A DNA stretch of 30,428 bases from an uncultured Fibrobacterota bacterium (GTDB taxonomy: Bacteria; Fibrobacterota; OXYB2-FULL-49-7; JAEUSG01), in assembly GCA_963831235.1 (NCBI GenBank), contig CAWHPS010000066.1, positions 1 to 30,428 of the forward strand. The letters run 5' to 3'. The position numbers and the translations under genes were made by a program. Positions 7,971 through 15,684 of this stretch are shown piece by piece; position 1 is the first letter of the stretch, and the number at the start of each line of letters is the position of its first letter. Below the pieces are notes generated by a model that did no database searches, was not told where the DNA came from, and worked only from the letters and a program-made list of their open reading frames with translations.

Positions 7971-8099
7971 ATGGATTCTGTTCTCAGAAATATCAAATCA
8001 GCAACCCTTCCCTTTTTCCCTCAAGAAAAAGGGAAGGGTTGGGATGGGTTTGGTAATTTGATAAATGGTTTTATCCAACATATAGTAGGTACCCCATGA
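7971..8099 (+). CDS. candidate 42-codon small ORF with strong SD (MDSVLRNIKSATLPFFPQEKGKGWDGFGNLINGFIQHIVGTP)
   Basis: GGGAGG sits 6 nt upstream of the ATG at 7971. The ORF is not in the track, presumably because of a length cut-off. A perfect 17-bp hairpin is embedded in its coding sequence. No homology support. Confidence 0.25.
   Translation: MDSVLRNIKSATLPFFPQEKGKGWDGFGNLINGFIQHIVGTP
8002..8041. terminator. perfect 17-bp inverted repeat / stem-loop (CAACCCTTCCCTTTTTC-cctcaa-GAAAAAGGGAAGGGTTG); candidate terminator or attenuator
   Basis: Read directly: 8002-8018 pairs perfectly with 8025-8041, with a 6-nt loop. It lies in a 350-bp intergenic region between two + strand genes. It lacks a clean U-tract, so an intrinsic-terminator call is tentative. 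Confidence 0.35.
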
Positions 8100-8215
8100 A
8101 AAATCATGATGCCCCATTTTTCCATGCATATCATTGGTCTTATGTATAAAAAAGAACTATTTTATGCGTATGCTGAAACAACAATCGGTTGATTTCAATC
8201 AAACTCTATTTTTAC

Positions 8216-8239
8216 CAAGGAAGATATCAAGGAAGATAT
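8216..8239 (+). repeat. perfect 12-bp tandem duplication (CAAGGAAGATAT x2) immediately before the ATG of 8241
   Basis: 8216-8227 is identical to 8228-8239. It duplicates the AAGGAAG ribosome-binding-site-like sequence. Confidence 0.6.
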
Positions 8240-8240
8240 A

Positions 8241-8615
8241 ATGAAAAAGCACATTGACCTTTTGGGGATTTTGCAAATTGCATTTGGAATTGTCCTTTTA
8301 TTTATTGGAATTGCAATATTTACCGTTTTACAAGGTACTGGATTGATAGCTGCAATTTGCGAAAGAAGTGGAGACGGTGTTTTGGCAATGAAAGTATTGA
8401 GCATAATAGCGGTTGTTGTTTTAATTTTTGCTGTTGTCGTGGCTTTACCTGTCATAATTGCCGGAATAGGACTGTTAAAGAGAAAGAGCTGGGCAAGATT
8501 ATTAACCCTTATTTTCTCTGCAATAAATTTAGTTAACGTACCATTCGGAACAATGCTTTCTGTTTATTCCTTCTGGGTTTTATTGCACGACGAATCAATT
8601 GAATACTTGAAGTAA
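8241..8615 (+). CDS. small integral membrane protein (about 4 predicted TM helices), unknown function
   Basis: 124 aa. Hydrophobic segments GILQIAFGIVLLFIGIAIFTVL, VLSIIAVVVLIFAVVVALPVIIAGIGLL and LLTLIFSAINLV. RBS-like AAGGAAG upstream. Confidence 0.65.
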   Translation: MKKHIDLLGILQIAFGIVLLFIGIAIFTVLQGTGLIAAICERSGDGVLAMKVLSIIAVVVLIFAVVVALPVIIAGIGLLKRKSWARLLTLIFSAINLVNVPFGTMLSVYSFWVLLHDESIEYLK

Positions 8616-8716
8616 GGGTAATATTGAAATGCAGAGCGAGATAACATTATGAAAAAATCGGAATCAATAAGCTCAGAGTTTGAAGATCGGACATTGATCT
8701 TGTAATTGGCTTGTCA

Positions 8717-8741
8717 AGTATATCATCAGGGATGATATACT
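8717..8741. terminator. 11-bp perfect palindrome with 3-nt loop (AGTATATCATC-agg-GATGATATACT) between convergent genes; candidate bidirectional terminator or operator
   Basis: Read directly. It lies between the 3' ends of 8241..8615(+) and 8808..9752(-). The stem is AT-rich, so it is a weak terminator candidate. Confidence 0.3.
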
Positions 8742-8807
8742 GCCACACCTTTGTTTGTGGCAAAATAAACAGAGCCCTTTGAATCGAATTTTATGTCAAC
8801 TACATGA

Positions 8808-9752
8808 TCATCCGGCAATCCGTCTGTTCTCAGAATTTAAAACCTTCCATGAACTCCCATCCTGCATGTACACTCCCATCCCCCATGTTCCGGCCCAAAC
8901 ATGGCCCAAATCATCCGTCCTTAAGACAACAACAGGCTTTCCAACAGCAGCAATTTGTTCCCAACATCTTCCATTAAAATAATCCAGACCACCATCCCAT
9001 GAGCCTACATATCGTAAAGTACTGTCACAAAGGATTGCACGTATATAATTACCTGAAATCCCCGTGCCTCGATGCACACGTAACGTGTCAGTATTCAATA
9101 TTCCGCATAATCCGCTGCGTGCTGTTCCAATCCATAACCGATTACTTTTATCTGTTTCCGCAAGGGTAACTTCATTGTCTGGTAACCCTGAATGATTACC
9201 AATGCAGACACTTGAATTTCCATTCCATTGCGTGATGCCGCTGTACCTGGAGCAGAAAAGTATCTCTTCATTCTGTCTGAAACATATATCCCACACATTG
9301 TTCCCACAAAGCCCTGACGAGGTGTCCATGTGAAGAAAACCATTGTCCTTGAAACACCACGCGCCATCACGGGCAGTGCCTATCCAAAAAGCCCCTTTGT
9401 TCTCTTTTAGCGTCAATATGTATTCTCCCCTGAAAATATTGCCAACCTTGCCCCACCTGTTGCCGTTGACTTGATAAAGCCCGTCTCCATAAGTCCCGAC
9501 CCATGATAGTCTGTCTTTTTGCAGAATAATTTGACGTATAAGGTCTGTTTTAATCGGCGTATTTTTCGTATTGTAAATCACCCAAACCGGATTGGAACTG
9601 CAGGTTAAAATTAAGGTGGGAATAAACAGAAATAATATTTTGTGTAATTGCAATCTTTTCAAATGCGTACACCACCAATCTGGGTTGTAGATGTCATATG
9701 CTTCTCCTTTAGCCGTGATAAAGAAAGAAAACATACGGATAGAATTTTCCAA
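8808..9752 (-). CDS. two-component regulator propeller (Reg_prop) repeat lipoprotein
   Basis: Six blades of the type D..G.LWIGT..GL (RLSWVGTYGDGLYQVNG; GAFWIGTARDGAWCF; NRLWIGTARSGLCGI; GHVWAGTWGMGVYMQDG). Lipoprotein-like signal ILFLFIPTLILTC. The true start may be the internal TTG at 9653, giving MQLHKILFLF... Confidence 0.8.
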   Translation of the reverse strand: MENSIRMFSFFITAKGEAYDIYNPDWWCTHLKRLQLHKILFLFIPTLILTCSSNPVWVIYNTKNTPIKTDLIRQIILQKDRLSWVGTYGDGLYQVNGNRWGKVGNIFRGEYILTLKENKGAFWIGTARDGAWCFKDNGFLHMDTSSGLCGNNVWDICFRQNEEILFCSRYSGITQWNGNSSVCIGNHSGLPDNEVTLAETDKSNRLWIGTARSGLCGILNTDTLRVHRGTGISGNYIRAILCDSTLRYVGSWDGGLDYFNGRCWEQIAAVGKPVVVLRTDDLGHVWAGTWGMGVYMQDGSSWKVLNSENRRIAG

Positions 9753-9792
9753 AGATAACCAGTTTGGGCAGAGGAATCCCTGAACTTATCCT

Positions 9793-10095
9793 TCAGGCAT
9801 GGGCGAGACTGCGGTTCCGTTTTATAGGTTCAAGGGATAACCGATATCCAATAGCACGGCTGGCTTTGAGGTAGGTCATTATATTACAATTCTCGCCTTT
9901 CTCAAGCCTGGAATATTGTTGCTGGGTTAGGTGTGCTTTCTTTGCAACGTCTGTTTGAGTTTCCCCTCTTTTCTCACGCTCTTCATTCAGCCGGTATGCC
10001 AGTTCAAGAAGTTCCTTTTCTTCTTCATGGTATTCTTTGAATTTGGGGTATTTAAGCTGTTCTTTCAGGTACTTATCAAATGATGTCATGGTCAA
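9793..10095 (-). CDS. higA: XRE-family HTH DNA-binding protein; HigA-like antitoxin
   Basis: The HTH segment TQTDVAKKAHLTQQQYSRLEKGE is typical of Cro/C1 (XRE) proteins. Its start overlaps the 3' end of the upstream toxin gene by 20 bp. Confidence 0.8.
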   Translation of the reverse strand: MTMTSFDKYLKEQLKYPKFKEYHEEEKELLELAYRLNEEREKRGETQTDVAKKAHLTQQQYSRLEKGENCNIMTYLKASRAIGYRLSLEPIKRNRSLAHA

Positions 10096-10489
10096 GCCTC
10101 CTTATCGTATTTACATTGTAGTGCTTGAGGAAATCATTTCTGTATTCCTTTGCGCGAACAATCTCTTTCTTTGGAACCTTGTCTGTTGTTTTCACAAAAT
10201 CATGCGTCAGAATAATGTAGTCCCGATAACAGAAAAAATAGAGAATTCGAGTCTGCTCACCGGATAGCTTCATTCTCAGTTCATGGATACCATCTTCAAG
10301 AATGTCTGCGAATGGACGATGCAGGCTGATTCCATGTTCCTTGAGCAACCCTATCCACGATACTGCTTTGGCACGCTCCCGTATATCCAAAGAATCGAGA
10401 AATTTGCGAATAGGACATTCTCCTTCCTCTGATTTGTAAAAATGCACCTTCCATTGTCGTTCCACTTGATAAATATACACCTTATTCAA
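10076..10489 (-). CDS. higB: type II toxin, RelE/ParE superfamily, phage Gp49-like (HigB-like)
   Basis: 137 aa. ...CPIRKFLDSLD..RAKAVSWIGLLKEHGISLHRPFADILEDGIHELRMKLSGEQTRILYFFCYRDYIILTHDFVKTTDKVPKKEIVRAKEYRNDF matches the Gp49-like (DUF891) toxin family. Toxin-first order with overlap onto an XRE antitoxin. Confidence 0.8.
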   Translation of the reverse strand: MNKVYIYQVERQWKVHFYKSEEGECPIRKFLDSLDIRERAKAVSWIGLLKEHGISLHRPFADILEDGIHELRMKLSGEQTRILYFFCYRDYIILTHDFVKTTDKVPKKEIVRAKEYRNDFLKHYNVNTIRRLDHDII

Positions 10490-10823
10490 CGTAAACGCAA
10501 ATTATTGTTTAATTGATATTGAAAATGATAACCTTTCCCGCTATGAAACCAATCATGCTGAACTCCTCAAACATTTCTCAGGTCTACTCCACCTAAAAGA
10601 TACCGGTTGAGGATAAAATAATCCATCAAAGATTAATTCACTCATTTTGTCCTGGATTCTTTTGGCTCATTTTTGAATACAATCTGGAAAAAAAGTTGTG
10701 TCGTAATTGCAGTTTGTCTTGTTTACATTTTAGAACGATTTTTTTTAATAATAGCTAATTAAACTTGTTTTATTACCTTATATTCTTTATTTTTTGTTCA
10801 CATTTATCAAGGAGTTTATTGTT

Positions 10824-11642
10824 ATGGATACACTTTATGAGTATTCAGATTATCGAAAATACATCAAAGACTACTATGAAAATAATAAAGCACGAACCCC
10901 GAATTTTTCTTTCCGTTATCTTTCTATGAAGGCTGGCATCAATTCAGCCTCCTTCTTCAAGTCCATCATGGATGGAACACGAAACTTGACAAAAAATACT
11001 ATCCTCAAAACCTGTCTTGCTCTCAAACTTGCCGACAAAGAAGCTGAATATTTTGAGAATCTGGTGTTTTTTAATCAGGCGAAAAGTATAGCAGATAAAA
11101 ATGTTTATTTTGACAGACTCGTTGGATTTCAGAAACTGAAGAACCTTAAACTTGTTAAAGAAGAAGAATATGATTTTTACGCCGAATGGTATCATTGTAT
11201 TATCAGGGAATTGGCAGTCAACTTGGATTTTAAGGACAATTTTGCTTTGCTTGCCAGTAAGATATTGCCTACCATAACAGCCAAACAGGCTGAAAAATCA
11301 GTGAGCCTTCTACTGAAGCTTGGTTTCTTAAAAAAAGAAAACAACCGATACGTACAAAGAGATCCTGTTATTTCATCTGGGAATTCAATTAAATCTCATC
11401 AGATTACCCAGTTTCAGATAAAGATGTTGCAGCGTGCAATGGAAGCCTATGACCGCAGTCAAACCGATGAGCGAATGATGTCCTCTACCACATTCAATAT
11501 ATCAAAGGAGTCCTTTGAATACTTCAAGAAGAAAATCCGTGAAATTCGATCACATCTGCTGGAAATCGCACGCACAGACGACAAATCAGACAGAATATAT
11601 CAAATGAACATTAACCTTTTCCCTGTTTCCAAAACTAATTAA
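10824..11642 (+). CDS. TIGR02147 family protein (putative HTH regulator), copy 2
   Basis: ORF 10794..11642. MDTLYEYSDYRKYIKDYYENNKARTPNFSFRYLSMKAGINSASFFKSIMDGTRNLTKNTILK...AEYFENLVFFNQAKS is the same signature as copy 1. AAGGAG RBS 9 nt upstream of the ATG at 10824. AT-rich codon usage, unlike copy 1. Confidence 0.8.
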   Translation: MDTLYEYSDYRKYIKDYYENNKARTPNFSFRYLSMKAGINSASFFKSIMDGTRNLTKNTILKTCLALKLADKEAEYFENLVFFNQAKSIADKNVYFDRLVGFQKLKNLKLVKEEEYDFYAEWYHCIIRELAVNLDFKDNFALLASKILPTITAKQAEKSVSLLLKLGFLKKENNRYVQRDPVISSGNSIKSHQITQFQIKMLQRAMEAYDRSQTDERMMSSTTFNISKESFEYFKKKIREIRSHLLEIARTDDKSDRIYQMNINLFPVSKTN

Positions 11643-11652
11643 GGAGGCTGTC

Positions 11653-13155
11653 ATGACAAGGCTATTCACGGCAATCACTCTCTTTGCTGCTCTGCTATTT
11701 CTGAATCAGTGTAACAAGAACACGCCCATTATGGCAGGTGGAGGATCGGATACTGAGAATGCGTTTGTGCAGGGTTACCTATATGATGACATCGGAAAGG
11801 TGGCTGCCAATGCCGGTGTTGTGCTGTATGCAAAACAATATAATCCCGTTGGTAATTTCCTTGATACCATTGCTGTCACGACTACGGATTCTAACGGGTT
11901 TTACAGCATTAAAAATGTGACTGCCGACGAAACCTATTTACTAAAGGGCAGCGACACTCAAAAAGAAAAGATGTATTTCGATACCCATGTCGCTCAGGCG
12001 GGATATTACCACGACACTTTGCGGATTCCGGACACTTGCATTTTTAATGACGTCCCCGATCGTGATTCTGTATATCTGTATTTCCCACGTCAGGATATAA
12101 GGTTGCCTCTGGATTCTCAGACGATAGTTTATATCAGCAATCTGCCGAAAAGAACTTATATTTTTATAGACAGAATTCCCAACGAAAGTCTTCCTGCTTT
12201 CACCGCAATCTGCAATCGGAGCTTGCTCGAGGATCTGGTTATCCTGTTAATTTATAAGATTCGTGGATCCCTTTATGCCCCTTTCAGCTTTCAGGAGGAC
12301 GCTCGCAAGGCAGGGTACGAATATGTTACATGGTTTCCGCGCAGTCCGGATACCAGCGAAATCAAATGTATGGCCATAGATGAGTACAACCAACGGATAT
12401 TGATCTGCTATCGAAACAACATTAAAGCTTTTTCCAAGACCGGTGAATTGTTGGGAGTAGTTATTTCGGATAGTAATATTAATTCATTGACTCTGACGGA
12501 TAGAAGTACGATATTCGCAAGTTGCAACCAAACATTTCCAGTGTCCATCATCAGGAAATATACGAACGGTGTATTGTCAATGCAGATATCGAATTATGGA
12601 GATAGCGTTTCGCCCCTGCCTTGGGGACATGCTGCAACAGATAAAAACGGCAATATTTATGTTATGCCCCATACTTTTTTTAATGGTGAAAGACCATTCA
12701 TACAGAAGTTTGATCCTTCAGGCAAGCCTATTGCACGATGGGACGATACAAATGCTGTACATTTTGAAAATACGAATTATTTGGACGGCTTGAATATAGG
12801 GTATCAGTTGGATGTGGATAAAGTCCGAGGCATTGTTTACATGCTTAATCCCGGAAATTCCAGAATACTACGTTTCGATACAGCAGGGAGTTATCTTGGC
12901 GACATAACAGGTTTGCCTTATTGTTCTTTCAACGTCATGCGGTTGGCTCCTAATGGCAATATTTATGTGGCGACCTATACTCAAATAACGGCTTGGTCTC
13001 CCGACGGACGCCTGTTGATTTCCCTGCCAAGCCACTTTTTTGGTCCCGGTGATATGTGTATCAGCAGTGAAGGGGTGATTTACTTGGTCAATGGTGTTGG
13101 AAACTGGATAGATATCTATTATCCGGAAAGTTTACATTACGTACTGCCTAAATAG
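11653..13155 (+). CDS. lipoprotein with carboxypeptidase-regulatory-like N-domain and NHL/SMP-30-like beta-propeller repeats
   Basis: Signal plus Cys (MTRLFTAITLFAALLFLNQC). CarbopepD_reg-like block (AFVQGYLYDDIGKVAANAGVVLYAK...TDSNGFYSIKNV). NHL-like blades (NGNIYVMPH; RGIVYMLNPGNSRILRFD; NGNIYVATY; EGVIYLVNG). GGAGG RBS 6 nt before the ATG. Confidence 0.85.
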   Translation: MTRLFTAITLFAALLFLNQCNKNTPIMAGGGSDTENAFVQGYLYDDIGKVAANAGVVLYAKQYNPVGNFLDTIAVTTTDSNGFYSIKNVTADETYLLKGSDTQKEKMYFDTHVAQAGYYHDTLRIPDTCIFNDVPDRDSVYLYFPRQDIRLPLDSQTIVYISNLPKRTYIFIDRIPNESLPAFTAICNRSLLEDLVILLIYKIRGSLYAPFSFQEDARKAGYEYVTWFPRSPDTSEIKCMAIDEYNQRILICYRNNIKAFSKTGELLGVVISDSNINSLTLTDRSTIFASCNQTFPVSIIRKYTNGVLSMQISNYGDSVSPLPWGHAATDKNGNIYVMPHTFFNGERPFIQKFDPSGKPIARWDDTNAVHFENTNYLDGLNIGYQLDVDKVRGIVYMLNPGNSRILRFDTAGSYLGDITGLPYCSFNVMRLAPNGNIYVATYTQITAWSPDGRLLISLPSHFFGPGDMCISSEGVIYLVNGVGNWIDIYYPESLHYVLPK

Positions 13156-13195
13156 CGATAGTTCAAAGCGTCAAATTTAAATAAAGGATTTTCCA

Positions 13196-13624
13196 ATGCT
13201 TTTCTTCCATTCAAAAAGAAATGGTCATCCTGTAAACATATATTTATCTGTTTTTATTACCCTATTGGGATTCTTGATTCAGAATTGCAAAATAGGTCCC
13301 GTGATTCCGGAGACCGTGAGCGGGTGCAATGTGACCATCACTATGAATAAATCCATTTATGGAGCAGATTCTGTTTCTCAATCAATACAGGCAATATTTA
13401 CCAATGTTGGAAGTACTTATATTGAAAACAATAAATGTCACATCCGCGTGGACGGTTTGGACATGGTGCGCATCCATGCTGATGAGAACACTGCCACTTT
13501 TAATATTGCTTCAGACCGGTTGGCGATCTTACCTGATTCGCTTTATGTATTTGTAGCTGCACTTGATAATGGATTGACTGTCGAAACATCCACGGATTCT
13601 CTTAGAACACTTAGATTTATTTAA
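13196..13624 (+). CDS. small hypothetical lipoprotein
   Basis: 142 aa. Signal LSVFITLLGFLIQNC. AAAGGA 7 nt upstream. No recognisable family. Confidence 0.55.
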   Translation: MLFFHSKRNGHPVNIYLSVFITLLGFLIQNCKIGPVIPETVSGCNVTITMNKSIYGADSVSQSIQAIFTNVGSTYIENNKCHIRVDGLDMVRIHADENTATFNIASDRLAILPDSLYVFVAALDNGLTVETSTDSLRTLRFI

Positions 13625-13719
13625 AACGTTCAGGGCGTTGGAAAACTGGATCAAATTATTTGCTGGTGCTTCTGCGAAATGTTTTGTGGACGGCAACTAC
13701 ATTTTACCCCTTCAGTTCC

Positions 13720-14670
13720 TTATGTCCTGACATTTCCCTTAAAAGGGGTCTCCTTGTTGAAATCAGGAAAGAATTCATTGTCACTATCATCAGACTGACA
13801 AAACATATTCTCAAAGCCCAAATCCAAAGCCGCATCCAGTACCTTATGATATTCATCCGATGAAACAGGCCTTTCAAAAGCACTCATACCTTTACAATAA
13901 ATCGTTGGATAATATTGGTTCATAAGCGATATTGGAAGGTATTTTCCAAAACGTTCCCGCAGTAATTTGAGCGCATCGATGGAGTTTTGAACAGCGCCAG
14001 GCAACACAAGATGACGCACCAATACTCCACGGCTTGCAGGCTTGATTTCCTTGTCATCAAACGAAGAATCAAGAAATCCTTTTGCGTCAATCATAATCTC
14101 AATTGCACTCAGCGCGACTTCCTTGTAATCTCTTTTGCCCATGCAATAGGATGCAAGATTGTTATCCGCAAACTTGAAATCAGGTAAAAAGATATCAACA
14201 TATTCCGCCATTTCTTTTATAATCTCAATTCGCTCATATCCTGAGCTATTTATCAGATTTGGTACAACTATGTTCCGGCTTTTCATCCATTTGATGAGTT
14301 CCCTGATATGGGGCCAGAAATGGTCGGGTGTGACATAATTGATATTGTGAACACCTTGCTTGGCAAGTAATTCAACCTTTTCGCAGAACAAGTGAAATGA
14401 ATAAGGCGAACCTATTCCATCGCGGGAAATTTGATGGTTCTGACAAAAGAAACAGCCCGTAGAACAACCGGAAAAAAATACGGTTCCGGATCCCTTAAAA
14501 CCTGAAATAGGCGGCTCTTCTCCGAAATGTGGCGCAATTGAGGATATTAGCAATTGATCTGATTGACCGCAAAAGCCTATGTTCCCGGCTGTCCGATGAG
14601 CCCCGCACTTACGGGGACAAAGAAAACAATGACGATAATCAGTCAATGAGAAACCAGACTCGGAAATCAT
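13720..14670 (-). CDS. radical SAM protein, PflX-like (homolog of pyruvate formate-lyase activating enzymes, COG1313-like)
   Basis: CSTGCFFC (CxxxCxxC) radical-SAM cluster motif. About 316 aa, with PflA/PflX-like overall layout. Starts 4 bp after the upstream band-7 gene. Confidence 0.8.
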   Translation of the reverse strand: MISESGFSLTDYRHCFLCPRKCGAHRTAGNIGFCGQSDQLLISSIAPHFGEEPPISGFKGSGTVFFSGCSTGCFFCQNHQISRDGIGSPYSFHLFCEKVELLAKQGVHNINYVTPDHFWPHIRELIKWMKSRNIVVPNLINSSGYERIEIIKEMAEYVDIFLPDFKFADNNLASYCMGKRDYKEVALSAIEIMIDAKGFLDSSFDDKEIKPASRGVLVRHLVLPGAVQNSIDALKLLRERFGKYLPISLMNQYYPTIYCKGMSAFERPVSSDEYHKVLDAALDLGFENMFCQSDDSDNEFFPDFNKETPFKGNVRT

Positions 14671-14673
14671 CCC

Positions 14674-15525
14674 TTAATTCGAATTAAGTATCAAAGGCAA
14701 ACCATCCTTGCCGCCCACAATTACAACCTTTGTATTGCTGGAACCGGCAATCTTTTCAGTTGCCTCGATCCCTTTCCAACGAAGCAATTGATCGCTTATA
14801 CCTTTGGAAACTATTGTCTGGAAATCTGAAATACCCTGGGCCTCGATGCGTTTGCGCTCAGCCTCCTGCTTTTCCTTCATGAGAATGAATTCCATTCGCT
14901 GACTTTCCTGTTCTGCCTTGAGTTTCTCTTCTATGGCTTCGGTTACGCGCTGAGGAAGGCCTACACTGCGAAGAGGGGTTGATTCAACAAAAATACCACG
15001 AGGTTCGACAATTTTTTTTATATCATCAAGAACCGTTTTTGCAAGAATCTCCCGTTCAGCAGTATAAAGGGCCCTTGCGTCATAACTTGACGTAACGCTT
15101 CTTGCAACAGAGCGAATCTGTGGTTCAAGAATCACCTCAAGATAATTCGGGCCAATTGTTTTATAAACATCCGCCGCTTTTTCAGGATCAAGGTGATAAA
15201 GCACGCTTAATTCAAGGGTGACCGTGAGGCCTTCTTTTGACGGCACAGCCATTGTTTCCTTGAGTTCTTCGGTCTTGATCGAAAACTTTATAACGCGTGA
15301 AAGAGGGTTTACGATATTTATCCCGGCTTTCAGGGTTTTATCTGATACTGAACCAAAAAAATCAACAACACCTACATTACCCGCGGGTATTACCCTGAAG
15401 CATTGCGCAAACCCGAGAAGGACGGCCCCTGCTGCCACCAGGCTTGCGACTTGTTTATTGGCTTCAGCATAGCGCATCGCAATAAGTGATCCGATAAGGG
15501 CGAGTACACATAATAGAAACAGCAT
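14674..15525 (-). CDS. SPFH/band-7 (prohibitin/HflK-C-like) membrane protein
   Basis: N-terminal TM. SPFH core (AGNVGVVDFFGSV...TLELSVLYHLDPEKAADVYKTIGPNYLEVILEPQIRSVARSV). Charged coiled-coil region (EEKLKAEQESQRMEFILMKEKQEAERKRIEAQG). Confidence 0.85.
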   Translation of the reverse strand: MLFLLCVLALIGSLIAMRYAEANKQVASLVAAGAVLLGFAQCFRVIPAGNVGVVDFFGSVSDKTLKAGINIVNPLSRVIKFSIKTEELKETMAVPSKEGLTVTLELSVLYHLDPEKAADVYKTIGPNYLEVILEPQIRSVARSVTSSYDARALYTAEREILAKTVLDDIKKIVEPRGIFVESTPLRSVGLPQRVTEAIEEKLKAEQESQRMEFILMKEKQEAERKRIEAQGISDFQTIVSKGISDQLLRWKGIEATEKIAGSSNTKVVIVGGKDGLPLILNSN

Positions 15526-15684
15526 GATACCTCCGGTTTTAGGTTTATTTACAAATCCTGATTAAAATAAAATATTGTGGGTCATTTAAAACAGGAGTAT
15601 CTTGGATGGGGCCAATTTATTATATTAATTCCTTAAATTTATTCATAGTTGACAATTTGACCACATAGAAACACAGGACAAATC

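Noticed and set aside
8755-8982. 75-aa plus-strand ORF
   Set aside because: It overlaps the 3' end of the Reg_prop lipoprotein gene on the opposite strand. Low-complexity translation, no start context.
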